From: Promethearchaeota archaeon | GTDB taxonomy: Archaea > Asgardarchaeota > Lokiarchaeia > Sigyniarchaeales > SOKP01 | DNA: 64,000 bases | Assembly: GCA_048937405.1 (NCBI GenBank) | Contig: JBHLNF010000004.1 | Span: forward strand, 128,001-192,000 | Direction: 5' to 3' | Shown here: one piece after another, positions 19,353 to 29,312 of the stretch | Numbering within the stretch: position 1 is the stretch's first letter | Layout of the letters: each line of letters opens with the position of its first letter | The notes under the pieces: model-generated | What the model saw: only the letters and a program-made list of their open reading frames with translations | Told to the model about the DNA's origin: nothing | Databases searched by the model: none | Translations under genes and position numbers: made by a program

Positions 19353-19832
19353 ATGAAAAATATGGAATTAGAAGAAGCAAAAAAATTAAGTTTGGAATTA
19401 ATGCACTATTCCAAAGCGGTATATTTAACCACAATTAACTCTAAAGGATATCCAATAACTAGAGCAATGTTTAATTTAAGAAACAAGGAGCAATTTCCTG
19501 AATTTTCAGAGTTCTTTAAAGAATTAGATAATCAATTTGATGTATTTATTTCAACAAATACGTCATCCTCTAAAATTGCTCATATTAAAAAAGATCCTAA
19601 GGTTTCAGTTTATTACTGTGATCCAGAAGAATTTAAAGGAGTGATGTTTGGAGGTGAAATTGATTTTATTAATGATATGAATATAAAGAAAAAATTATGG
19701 TTAGATTGGTGGACCAAATATTATCTTAAAGGTCTAAACGATCCAGATTATTCATTGCTCCGATTAAAACCAAAAATAGCACATTTCTATTATAGATTAC
19801 AAAAAATTCAGTTTAAACCCGGTGAAGTTTAA
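19353..19832 (+). CDS. Pyridoxamine 5'-phosphate oxidase-like FMN-binding protein (general stress protein 26-like)
   Basis: LTTI..GYP.TRAM, STNTSSSK...I..DPKV and YY..G..DPDY.LL. Confidence 0.88.
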   Translation: MKNMELEEAKKLSLELMHYSKAVYLTTINSKGYPITRAMFNLRNKEQFPEFSEFFKELDNQFDVFISTNTSSSKIAHIKKDPKVSVYYCDPEEFKGVMFGGEIDFINDMNIKKKLWLDWWTKYYLKGLNDPDYSLLRLKPKIAHFYYRLQKIQFKPGEV

Positions 19833-20293
19833 TGGAAAAATTAAGGGAAGGAGGTTTTTTAATCACAAAGATCCGTCAGCTTTCTCAAAGAATTTTTGAT
19901 AAATTATTAAAAGATTATAATATGAATGAAATCAGTGCTGCTCAAGGTAGAGTTATGTTTCCACTTTGGCAAAAAGACAATATTTCCTTCCAAGAACTTA
20001 AAAAAAAAGCTCTGTTGAGTAAAGCAACCCTTTCATATATGTTAGACAAACTTGAAGAAGCTGGTCATATTAAACGAATTCGCAGTGAAGAAGATAAGCG
20101 GACTATCAATATAAAATTAACAAAAAAAGATAAAGCATTACAGGAGAAATTTCTTCAAGTATCTTATAAGATGAATGAAATTTTTTATAAGGATTTTTCT
20201 GAGAAGGAAATAAATGAATTTGAAGGCTATTTAAGAAGACTTTTGGATTCCTTAATACAAATTAGCAAGGAAAATAAGTTGAAGAATGTTTAA
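19832..20293 (+). CDS. MarR family transcriptional regulator
   Basis: ISAAQGRV..PLW..D, LSKATLS.MLDKLE..G.IKR...EDKR...I.LT; TAATG stop/start overlap with the upstream gene. Confidence 0.93.
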   Translation: MEKLREGGFLITKIRQLSQRIFDKLLKDYNMNEISAAQGRVMFPLWQKDNISFQELKKKALLSKATLSYMLDKLEEAGHIKRIRSEEDKRTINIKLTKKDKALQEKFLQVSYKMNEIFYKDFSEKEINEFEGYLRRLLDSLIQISKENKLKNV

Positions 20294-20300
20294 TTTTTTT

Positions 20301-20549
20301 TTAATCTCTTTTTATCGATTTAATTATCATCAATAAGTAACAGTAAGAACAATAAAATTTTATTTCAGGATTCTTCCAAATTGTTGTTATAGGAGTCTTG
20401 AATAATTCTGGATATTTCTTTATAACATCTTCATATAAATATTCTTTTTTACAATTTCCACAATACCTTTTAGAAAGATTTTGCGCTTTAATTTTATTTT
20501 CTCTACAAATATATTTGAATTCTCCTGAATTGACATTAATTTTTGACAT
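20301..20549 (-). CDS. Small zinc-finger-like protein
   Basis: CGNC and CSYC pairs; starts 2 nt after the carbonic anhydrase stop. Confidence 0.65.
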   Translation of the reverse strand: MSKINVNSGEFKYICRENKIKAQNLSKRYCGNCKKEYLYEDVIKKYPELFKTPITTIWKNPEIKFYCSYCYLLMIIKSIKRD

Positions 20550-20551
20550 TC

Positions 20552-21466
20552 TTATTTATTTTCAGAAATACTTGAAATTTTTCTTTTCTTTGTATATATT
20601 TTTGGAATATGTATTTTAACCCCATGAAATTGGATTTTTGGAATAGAAATTTTTGGTACTATAGTTGAATTGTTATCTTTTAATTTATCTTTTATATCAT
20701 CAAGTTCTATTATGGATATTTTCTTAAATTTATCATCATTTTCAGAGATGAAAGAATTTATATATTCTTTTAATTCTATATCTTGAGAATTATCGTTTGA
20801 GTTATCAATTTTTATATCCTCAGGTTCTATTTCCTCTAAAAAATCTGTGAATTGATTTTTCTTATCAGTCAGTATTTCTTTATAATTTTGTCTAAAACTC
20901 TGAATATTTTTATAATCTTTTATTTTCTCATATTCAAAAACCAGACCTGTTTCAACATCATAGAGCATTCCGCAAATTTCAGTTTCAGGATAAAATTCCT
21001 TAATCAATTCTAATGATTTGATTTGTTCTTTTATATTTTGTATCTCATCTAAGAATGGTTTAAAGAAATTCCTTATTTTTGAAATATGTTCATGATAATT
21101 TTGTGTTAAGCTTGAAAGAAATTTTATTGGTAATTTTTCTCTAAATTCATTTAAATTAATTTTTGTCATTCCACAATCCAAATGCCCCAAAACTACAATA
21201 AATTTAATATTGAATTTAACTATAGCTAAAATAATAGATCTTAACACATCCAAAGTATAGAGATTTCCAGCATTCCTTAAAACAAAGACATCTCCAAGAT
21301 TGAATTGAAAAATTTCATTTACATTTATTCTTGGATCCATACATGTAAGAATTAAAACAGGAAATTTTGGAATACTCTCAATCTTATTGATATTTTCTAA
21401 TTCTTTTGAAATTTTTAAATGATACCGATAATTGCCCTTTAAAATATCTTTAATAATATCTTCCAT
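20552..21466 (-). CDS. Beta-class carbonic anhydrase with a C-terminal extension
   Basis: LTCMDPR, VLRNAGN, GHLDCGM and YDVETG. Confidence 0.92.
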   Translation of the reverse strand: MEDIIKDILKGNYRYHLKISKELENINKIESIPKFPVLILTCMDPRINVNEIFQFNLGDVFVLRNAGNLYTLDVLRSIILAIVKFNIKFIVVLGHLDCGMTKINLNEFREKLPIKFLSSLTQNYHEHISKIRNFFKPFLDEIQNIKEQIKSLELIKEFYPETEICGMLYDVETGLVFEYEKIKDYKNIQSFRQNYKEILTDKKNQFTDFLEEIEPEDIKIDNSNDNSQDIELKEYINSFISENDDKFKKISIIELDDIKDKLKDNNSTIVPKISIPKIQFHGVKIHIPKIYTKKRKISSISENK

Positions 21467-21558
21467 TATTTATCTAACTTATTCTACTGATTTTTGATTC
21501 ATTGCTTAAATTCCTTATTTAATATTTAATAGAATAAAAAAAAATCAATTTTTAGTAG

Positions 21559-22728
21559 CTATTTTTTAACCAGTATTTCCTTTAGCTTTTCCGCACCGCC
21601 GTTATTAAAGAACGCTTTAATTTTGTCTGAATACTCTGGCAAAAGTTGTAAGAATGGCATTATTGCTCGAGAAAGGGAACTAAATGCTTCATTACCGTCA
21701 CCCATTATGAACATTTTATCTGGACTCAGGTTTTTAAATACTTCTGGTAAAATGTTCGTTAATTGAACTGCTAAGAACCTTTCATCTGCAGTAGTCATCG
21801 CCTCGACTTGCTTCTTAAAACCTTCCGCTTGGGCAAGCATTTGTTGCTTTATATTCTCTGCTTCACCCTCCGCTTGAGCAATCAGTTTTCGCTTTATTTG
21901 TTGAGCATCAGCATCAGCTTCAATGATTTTCTTCTGTCTATCACCATCCGCTTCTATTTGTTTACGTTCTCTCTCCTGTTCTGCTATCGCGATTTCTTTA
22001 TCCTTCCTTCTCAATTCAATTTCTTTTTCAACTTGTTGGTTTTGAATTCCAATCTCATTTTGAACTTCCAATTCTCTTATTCTGGATTCTCTTTCAGATT
22101 CAGCATTGGCTATCCTCGCTTTTCTTGCTTCAATTGCCTGTTTTACCGCTTCCATATTCTTTTTTAATCCAGGTTCCAAAATATTTACTTCTCGTATTTC
22201 AATTGATTCGATTACTACACCCCAATCCGCTGTTAACTCGTGAATTTCTTTACTTACGATGTTTATTATTTCTCGACGCTCCCGAATTATCTTTTCAATG
22301 GGCATATTAGCACAGGTAGTTCTGATAATCGCTTCTGCAGCATTTTTAAGAATCTTCTCTACATAGTTTTCATCTCTAGGAATCCAAGATACAGCACTAA
22401 ACGCTTTTTCAGGATCAATTACTTTCCATATTAGCATTCCTACAATTGAGATATTTTGGTATTCCATTGAAACAACTTGCTCGTGAGCTTCTAAAGTTGT
22501 TTGAATACTTGTGGTTGGAATTACGAGATATTCATCAATCAAAGGTAGTAACCATATACTTCCTCCCAATCCAGCATGCTTTACTTTTCCATTGCGCAAA
22601 TGTATAACAAACTGGTTTGTTTTGAATTTTCTATATCTTGTTGCCATAAAAATTAGAAATAAGAATGCCACTACTATTACTATAACAACTAACCAAGTTA
22701 TCCATGTATATATTTCTTGAAACAACAT
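21559..22728 (-). CDS. SPFH/band-7 (flotillin-like) protein
   Basis: N-terminal TM, SPFH domain and AE/EA-rich coiled-coil tail. Confidence 0.92.
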   Translation of the reverse strand: MLFQEIYTWITWLVVIVIVVAFLFLIFMATRYRKFKTNQFVIHLRNGKVKHAGLGGSIWLLPLIDEYLVIPTTSIQTTLEAHEQVVSMEYQNISIVGMLIWKVIDPEKAFSAVSWIPRDENYVEKILKNAAEAIIRTTCANMPIEKIIRERREIINIVSKEIHELTADWGVVIESIEIREVNILEPGLKKNMEAVKQAIEARKARIANAESERESRIRELEVQNEIGIQNQQVEKEIELRRKDKEIAIAEQERERKQIEADGDRQKKIIEADADAQQIKRKLIAQAEGEAENIKQQMLAQAEGFKKQVEAMTTADERFLAVQLTNILPEVFKNLSPDKMFIMGDGNEAFSSLSRAIMPFLQLLPEYSDKIKAFFNNGGAEKLKEILVKK

Positions 22729-22833
22729 CGCCTTATTTTTTACCTCCTATTTTTTAATTTTAATATATTTTTGATAATTTTTTTTAGAAAATTTTAAATG
22801 ATGATTAATAATTTGACTTGATATCAATTTTAT

Positions 22834-23790
22834 CTACCTCCCCCTATTTCGAATTGAACTAAATTTATTATCAACTAATAAAAAACCATCTTTTATATCA
22901 CAGATATATACTTCTTGTCCCTTTTCGAAAGATGAATCAGGATTTATTGGTTTTACATGAATTTTCTCAAACTTCATTGGATTATTAGAAGGAATTTTAA
23001 TAACTCCACCTCTTCTATCTACTTCCAAAACAATGATTCCTTTTTCTCCAATTAAATTTCGAGTTGAAGATATGTTGTAGAATCTAGATACAGCTATCTT
23101 TTTCCAACTAGTAGAAATGAGTTTTGTAAATAGATATGTCACAACTAATGATGCAAAAAATATCATATATTTCAGTTCATCAGCAAGAAGATAATAGAAT
23201 AAAATGCCTGATATCCCGAAGATCAATAAAGATGTCGAAAACAATAACATAAATGGAGCAGGAGTCGTATCATTCAATAGACTAACATCTCCAGTTTCAT
23301 CAAAATGATCAATATGATCTACATGCCCTAAATCTGCGTGATCTATGTGATCAATATGATCTACATAGTCTATATGCCCTAAATCTGCGTGATCTATGTG
23401 ATCAATATGATCTACATGGTCTATATGCCCAAAATCTGTGTGATCTATGTGATCAATATGATCTACATGGTCTATATGCCCTAAATCTGCGTGATCTATG
23501 TGATCAATATGATCTACATGGTCTATATGCCCTAAATCTGCGTGATCTATGTGATCAATATTCTGTAGATCATGAGTTGATATTTCAGCAAGGATAGTCG
23601 AAATAAAAGACATTATTATCCCACCAATAAATAAACCTAAACAAATACTAAATAGCACATCATTGAAATAATTATTATAGAAACTAATTAAAGTAAATGC
23701 TAAACCAGAAAGAATAATTGAAAGAATCATTACATTATTTTTTCTTTTCCAATGAATAACAAACATTTTCCTAAACATTGTGGTTTCCAC
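22834..23790 (-). CDS. NfeD/YuaF-like membrane partner of the SPFH protein with a His-Asp-rich loop
   Basis: Four TM-like segments, C-terminal LIGEKG...KGQEVYI OB-fold pattern, upstream of the flotillin-like gene; the start is probably the ATG at 23778. Confidence 0.8.
   Translation of the reverse strand: METTMFRKMFVIHWKRKNNVMILSIILSGLAFTLISFYNNYFNDVLFSICLGLFIGGIIMSFISTILAEISTHDLQNIDHIDHADLGHIDHVDHIDHIDHADLGHIDHVDHIDHIDHTDFGHIDHVDHIDHIDHADLGHIDYVDHIDHIDHADLGHVDHIDHFDETGDVSLLNDTTPAPFMLLFSTSLLIFGISGILFYYLLADELKYMIFFASLVVTYLFTKLISTSWKKIAVSRFYNISSTRNLIGEKGIIVLEVDRRGGVIKIPSNNPMKFEKIHVKPINPDSSFEKGQEVYICDIKDGFLLVDNKFSSIRNRGR
23305..23559. repeat. In-frame 51-bp tandem repeat x5 encoding IDHIDHADLGHIDHVDH
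   Basis: Directly visible at DNA and protein level. Confidence 0.93.
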
Positions 23791-23827
23791 CTATAGATTA
23801 ACTCTAACTTAAAATCTTAATTACTTT

Positions 23828-24331
23828 TTATGAAGATATATTAGTTCCGCATTGATGACAAAAAATGGCATCTCTATCTAGTTTTGCTCCGCAAAATCTA
23901 CAAAAGTTAATAATTGGGACTGATGGGATATCATACTTGACTTTTCTGAAAATTTGTTCTTCAGGTTCATTTTGATTTTGAAGAGACTTAGGGATTATAT
24001 ATGGATTATATTGCTGTTTTTGAGTTTGAGATTCACTACGAAATTGAGAATTATATGATTTCAAATTTTTTTCTTTTGGTTTTTTATATACTTCACTCAT
24101 TGAAATTGAAATTGCACTAATACAAGTAATCATTAAAAAAATGAAAATAAATCCGCTAATCATAGGTACGATTGGAAAACTAAACCCATTAAAATCAAAT
24201 ATACTAAACATGAAAAAGAACATCAAACCTAGAAAAACTAGGGCTAAAGCCACAGCAGTAAAAATAGTCCCTGATCGAGATCTATAACTATTTTTTCTTC
24301 TATTCGGTTCAATTATAGGGACAAAAGCCAT
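23828..24331 (-). CDS. Two-TM membrane protein with a C-terminal zinc ribbon
   Basis: FCRFCGAKL...AIFCHQCGT. Confidence 0.85.
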   Translation of the reverse strand: MAFVPIIEPNRRKNSYRSRSGTIFTAVALALVFLGLMFFFMFSIFDFNGFSFPIVPMISGFIFIFLMITCISAISISMSEVYKKPKEKNLKSYNSQFRSESQTQKQQYNPYIIPKSLQNQNEPEEQIFRKVKYDIPSVPIINFCRFCGAKLDRDAIFCHQCGTNISS

Positions 24332-24667
24332 TTTTTTTCTCTTTATTATATTTCTTTATATTTATTTATATTTTTTTTAATGTTTAATATATGGGTATAT
24401 ATTGATATATTTAAATGTTATGAAAATATCAAGAACATACAGAAAAAGCAGGAAGTCTTTAAATATTATTATGAATATATATATAATAATATATATAAAC
24501 AAATAGAAATTTAGGAAGATATAAGTATTTCTTTTCTATATATAATTTTATATATTCAAAAAAATATTTTTTAGAGCCCAATAAACCTTTGATAAATAAA
24601 ATTAAACTTTATTAATATAAGGATATATATTCAATTTGATAACTTATTTTATATAAGAATATAAGAG

Positions 24668-25432
24668 ATGATTTTAATAGCAAAGCAAACTGAAAAAACA
24701 ACCGAAGAAAAAAATGGAACTATAAAAGATGAGATAAAAGAACCTGAACCCAAAGACAAGCCAATTTATGTTAAAGTAAGTGATGAAACAAGGAATTTAA
24801 TTGATAAATATAAAGAACAAGGAACTACTATATCTGATCTTGTGAGAAATGCTGTAAAATACTTTGATGATTTCAATTCAATTTCTCCAGAAATTCAAGC
24901 AATAATAAAAAAATACAAGGAAGTAGATGAAAATGAAATATCTTTTGTAGAACGAGCAATTAAATATTATGGAGAACAGAAAAACCTTGATAGAGATCTT
25001 TGGGTGCGAGCTAGAGATGAAATGAAAATGATGCTGATAGGAAAAACAACTTTTAACCAACTCATACATGCTGCTGAAATACCAGAAGAAAGTTTGGATA
25101 AGCCATGGCGGAAAAATGTTGCAATTGATTTAATTTTATGGTATAACGATTCCAAACCACTTAAAAGTCTTAGTATAGAGGAAATTATAGGCACAGTACA
25201 GAAACTTTGGGTTGTCGCGAATTACTTCCACACAATTGATGTAAACAAAGAAAGTGCTGATGAATTTCATATGCTTTTCAGACATCGGCAAAATAAGCGA
25301 TATGGTACATATTGGTTAGGTTATTTTACAGAATTATTTACTTCTGAAGAAATGCCATTTAAATGTGAAGTTGAGGGCCAAGCTTTTGATGAATCCGTTT
25401 CATTGACATTAAAAATTGGATATGAAAAATAA
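24668..25432 (+). CDS. Hypothetical protein with an N-terminal ribbon-helix-helix-like segment (putative regulator)
   Basis: PIYVKVSDETRNLIDKY...TISDLVRNAV. Confidence 0.6.
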   Translation: MILIAKQTEKTTEEKNGTIKDEIKEPEPKDKPIYVKVSDETRNLIDKYKEQGTTISDLVRNAVKYFDDFNSISPEIQAIIKKYKEVDENEISFVERAIKYYGEQKNLDRDLWVRARDEMKMMLIGKTTFNQLIHAAEIPEESLDKPWRKNVAIDLILWYNDSKPLKSLSIEEIIGTVQKLWVVANYFHTIDVNKESADEFHMLFRHRQNKRYGTYWLGYFTELFTSEEMPFKCEVEGQAFDESVSLTLKIGYEK

Positions 25433-25662
25433 AAGTTGACTATTTAATTCTGTTTGAATTAAAAACCATTCTATTTCAAATTAGAGTGAGTTATTTCTTT
25501 TATATCCTTTATATTTTTCATACTTATCTCTTTTATCCCAATTATAAAATTCTATTATAATTCAAATAAATCTAAGTAAAACTTAAAAAGAATTATTTAA
25601 AGATTACCCATAAATAATTATTTAAAAAAATGGTTCAAATTTAATAAAGAAGGAAAAAAATT

Positions 25663-26424
25663 ATGTCAAAGGAAGTTTTAAGTTATGAAGTAAAAGATCA
25701 GATCGCATACCTTACTATAGACAATCCAGAAGCTAATAGATTGGATCCTCCCTTATGTAGAGCTCTAGGAGCTGCATGGGCACGTTTTACAAATGAAAAA
25801 GAAAGTAGGGTGGCAATTCTCAGTGCTAAAGGGCCGGATTTTAGTCGAGGAGCAGATATTTATGTCGAAGGTTTGTTAAAAGATCTTATAAAAGCGTTTC
25901 CACCGAATGGTACTAAAATCCTGAAACCCATCATAGGAGCAGTCCATGGAAATGTTATTGGTAGTGGATATGGACTTGGTGTTATAGGCACAGATATAAC
26001 TTATGCAACAGAAGATACTAAATTTATCTTTGGTGAAGTCTATGTTGGAATTGTTGGTTCAGTGGTAGATTATAGACCTCATATGCCGTTTAAAGCATCT
26101 TTAGAATTTTACATGTCAGGAAAACCATTAGGAGCTCAACGAGCATATGAATTAGGATTAATCAACGGTGTTACAAAAAATAAAGAAGATCTCATGAAGG
26201 AAGCTATTAAGATGGCAGAAATACTACGGGATAATGCGCCATTATCATTAAGAGCGATCAAATATGGACATTACAAAGTCATGGAAAATGAACAAAGGAA
26301 AGCAATGCGTATAGCACAAGAGGAATTTAATGCTTTTATACAACCTCAATTAGTTAGCGAGGATTTCAAGGAAGGTAAAGCAGCACTTAAAGAAAATAGG
26401 AAGCCAGTATTCAAAGGTCGCTAA
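25663..26424 (+). CDS. Enoyl-CoA hydratase/isomerase (crotonase) family protein
   Basis: FSRGADI, KPIIGAVHG, A.RAYELGLIN, APLS.RAIK and SEDFKEG..A..E.RKPVFKGR. Confidence 0.93.
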   Translation: MSKEVLSYEVKDQIAYLTIDNPEANRLDPPLCRALGAAWARFTNEKESRVAILSAKGPDFSRGADIYVEGLLKDLIKAFPPNGTKILKPIIGAVHGNVIGSGYGLGVIGTDITYATEDTKFIFGEVYVGIVGSVVDYRPHMPFKASLEFYMSGKPLGAQRAYELGLINGVTKNKEDLMKEAIKMAEILRDNAPLSLRAIKYGHYKVMENEQRKAMRIAQEEFNAFIQPQLVSEDFKEGKAALKENRKPVFKGR

Positions 26425-26462
26425 AGTCTCGAATTAATATTTTTAAATTTAAATTTTAATAA

Positions 26463-28973
26463 TTATATTTTATTTTTTTCCAATCTATCAATATCCGCTA
26501 GTAAGTTCTGTTTTTTTTCCATCCATTCATTTCTCGTTTCCACCCTACAAAAACACGTCTGGGTGGCTTGAATTCCTCTTTCTGCATTCTCCCGTGCTAA
26601 ATCATAATTTCCAAGTTCTTTATAACATCTTGCTAAAAGAAAATAAGTATTATATGTAAACCAACCTAGTGGATCAAGTTTTAATGCTTTCTGAAAAAAT
26701 TTTATAGCCTGGTCATATTCTCCGAATTCTGTTAAGATTTCTCCAAATGAGTCGTGAAAATTTCCATTTTCAGGATCAAGCTTAATTAATTGATTCCCTA
26801 CTTTTATTGCTTCTTCTTTATCCCCTTTATATAAATGATAATAGAGCTTATTGTTCAGTATATCAAGATCGTCAGGATTCTTCTCCCATAATTCATCAAT
26901 GATTTCCAAACATTTATCATAGTTCATCATCTTCTTATATAAATATGCTTTATGTGTCATAAGTTTAACTTCCTTCTCAGGAAAAAGTTTTATTCCCTCT
27001 TCCACTAATTCTATAGCTTCATCGATTTTTCCATAATCATACAATATATAGTACTTCAAGAGATGTATAGCAAGATCTTTAGGATTTAATTCAAGCGCAG
27101 TTCCAATTGTTTCAAGAGCCTCATCAAATTTCTTTAAATGATTTAAAAATAGAGCTTTAATATAAAGATAGTATATCTTATTTTTTGTTTTTTCCTCTAA
27201 AGAAATTGCAGTATCAATATCCATTAAAACCTGATCGATTTTTGAGCTTTCTGAATCTACATCATAAATAATTTTATAACTTTCAATTAAAGCTCTTGTA
27301 GTGTAAAATAAAGGATGATCTGTATAAATATTACCTATTCTATCACTCAATTCAAAAGCCTTATCAAATTCAGCTAAGGTTAGATGATTATAAACTAATA
27401 TGTAATGATAAGGAATAAATATTTCTTCTTCATTTTTATTTGGATGTTTTTCAAATTCTTTTTTAAGGAAATGAATACTTTCTTGATGGCGATTTGAGAT
27501 ACTTAATATAATTGATTTCAAAAAAAGGAAATTAGAATTTTCAGGTTTAGTCTTAATCTTCTTATTTATTTCTTTTAAAACATCCTCAAATTCTCCCTTT
27601 TTCATCCTGTGTTTTGCTTCTTCAAAAATTTTTTCAAGTTTAGGATTTGAAAAAATTTCCAAGACTTTTAGTACTGTAAAATCGATATAATATTTGAATT
27701 GGGCTTGCTCAATTAAATCATACTTAGAGCCATATGATTGAAAAACCTCGGGAATATCCCGCCACGCTACTCCCTCTAACTTATCGAGAGTATCTATTAA
27801 CTTACCCTCTGATTCTATTCTATAAGCTAAATATTTAATATATTCTGGTAAAAATGTGCGTAACGCATCTTTTAATTCATCATTAAATAAATTATTACAA
27901 ATTTCCGCTAATATTGATTCAATTGTATGGCTTAAACTTAATTTACTTGCCCCATTTGGAGAATTCTCATAAAGTTTATTCAAATAAGTAAATTTTGTAA
28001 TATAATCTTCTGTGATGGCACTTAAGACCTTTTCAATTTTCTCATTTGCTTGAAAATAGTAAATCTTATCCTCATCAACTACCAAGTGAAAAAATTTAAC
28101 AGGATAAACATTCTTCTCAACTATTTTACGAATATTAAATTCAAGATCCAATCTGTCAATTTGGTATTCTTCTGAAAAATCTTTAATTGAAATATAAAAT
28201 GGATATTGATTAGGGTGATTCATTGAAAGATATAATAGCACTTTATTGAACTGTTCTTCAGAATCTAATGATCCTTTTAAATTGGCAAATGGTAACTTTA
28301 AAACGTTATTTAAAAACCGAAACTTGATATCACCATCCTCTATATGATAATTCTCAAAGAATCTAATTGTTTTTTTCGTAATTTCTTCAATACGGTGGCT
28401 TTCTTCATCCAAGATAGATTGCCGATCTAAATCATATAATTTCAACATTCGCGAATATCCAGATTTACCTTTTTGTGTAATCCTGTACTCCTTATCTTCT
28501 TTTTTTATAATTTCTCTCTTCTGAAGTTCATTAAGATTTTTTGATAAACTTGATTGATTAATCTTTAGAGGTTCGTCAATAAAGTCCGACCATTTACAAA
28601 ATGTATTATTATAAACCATCCATAAAATCCAATGATCATAATTTCTAGTATTAGTTATTGCTTTTGGAGGATAATTTAATTTTCGCTCCTTTTTCACTTT
28701 CGATAGTTTATTATATCGTTCCTCTCCTTTAGATGTGATTTTATATACTCCTCTTTCTACTTTTTCGACGTACTCATCCAGCATTAACGATTTAAGATAA
28801 TAGGATAGGGTTGATTGAGAAATATCTACTGGTTTATCTTTAAAATCAGACCATTCCACAACTTCATTATTTCGTAACATCCAAAGGATAATATGTTCGA
28901 TATTTTGTCGAACTTCCATGCTTGGGTTTAAAATTTCTTCAGGGGGGTAATTTATTTCTTGGTGGCGACTCAT
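26463..28973 (-). CDS. Tandem winged-helix domains plus C-terminal TPR array
   Basis: Duplicated NYPP...ILWM..NN....WSDF...I.QS.LS..L...Y.IT.KG units and multiple TPR motifs. Confidence 0.85.
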   Translation of the reverse strand: MSRHQEINYPPEEILNPSMEVRQNIEHIILWMLRNNEVVEWSDFKDKPVDISQSTLSYYLKSLMLDEYVEKVERGVYKITSKGEERYNKLSKVKKERKLNYPPKAITNTRNYDHWILWMVYNNTFCKWSDFIDEPLKINQSSLSKNLNELQKREIIKKEDKEYRITQKGKSGYSRMLKLYDLDRQSILDEESHRIEEITKKTIRFFENYHIEDGDIKFRFLNNVLKLPFANLKGSLDSEEQFNKVLLYLSMNHPNQYPFYISIKDFSEEYQIDRLDLEFNIRKIVEKNVYPVKFFHLVVDEDKIYYFQANEKIEKVLSAITEDYITKFTYLNKLYENSPNGASKLSLSHTIESILAEICNNLFNDELKDALRTFLPEYIKYLAYRIESEGKLIDTLDKLEGVAWRDIPEVFQSYGSKYDLIEQAQFKYYIDFTVLKVLEIFSNPKLEKIFEEAKHRMKKGEFEDVLKEINKKIKTKPENSNFLFLKSIILSISNRHQESIHFLKKEFEKHPNKNEEEIFIPYHYILVYNHLTLAEFDKAFELSDRIGNIYTDHPLFYTTRALIESYKIIYDVDSESSKIDQVLMDIDTAISLEEKTKNKIYYLYIKALFLNHLKKFDEALETIGTALELNPKDLAIHLLKYYILYDYGKIDEAIELVEEGIKLFPEKEVKLMTHKAYLYKKMMNYDKCLEIIDELWEKNPDDLDILNNKLYYHLYKGDKEEAIKVGNQLIKLDPENGNFHDSFGEILTEFGEYDQAIKFFQKALKLDPLGWFTYNTYFLLARCYKELGNYDLARENAERGIQATQTCFCRVETRNEWMEKKQNLLADIDRLEKNKI

Positions 28974-29312
28974 ATAATTACACCTTAGTACTCTAATTAG
29001 TATACAACAAAAGTCTTATTTATAGTTTTTTTCATGAACTTTTATTGTACTTTGAATCTTTTTTTGAACTATCAATTAAAATTGGGATTATAAATGTAAT
29101 TCAATTCAGGAAAAATTTGAATACTTTCGATGATAGAATAAATTTACCTTCTATTACGATATTTAATTAGCAATTTTTGAACTAATGGGGGATTACTCTA
29201 TAACTCTTTCTCTAATCATCGATGGATTAATATAAAATCCTCTTAAACTTAACGTTTAAATAGAATTCGATATAATTCAATATCATAAGAATAAAAAAAG
29301 GCTGTAATTTCA

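Noticed and set aside
13827-20293. tRNA-anchored integrated element
   Set aside because: No integrase was seen and no duplicated tRNA 3' end (att site) was found.
23305-23559. CRISPR array
   Set aside because: Contiguous in-frame 51-bp units with no unique spacers and no cas genes.
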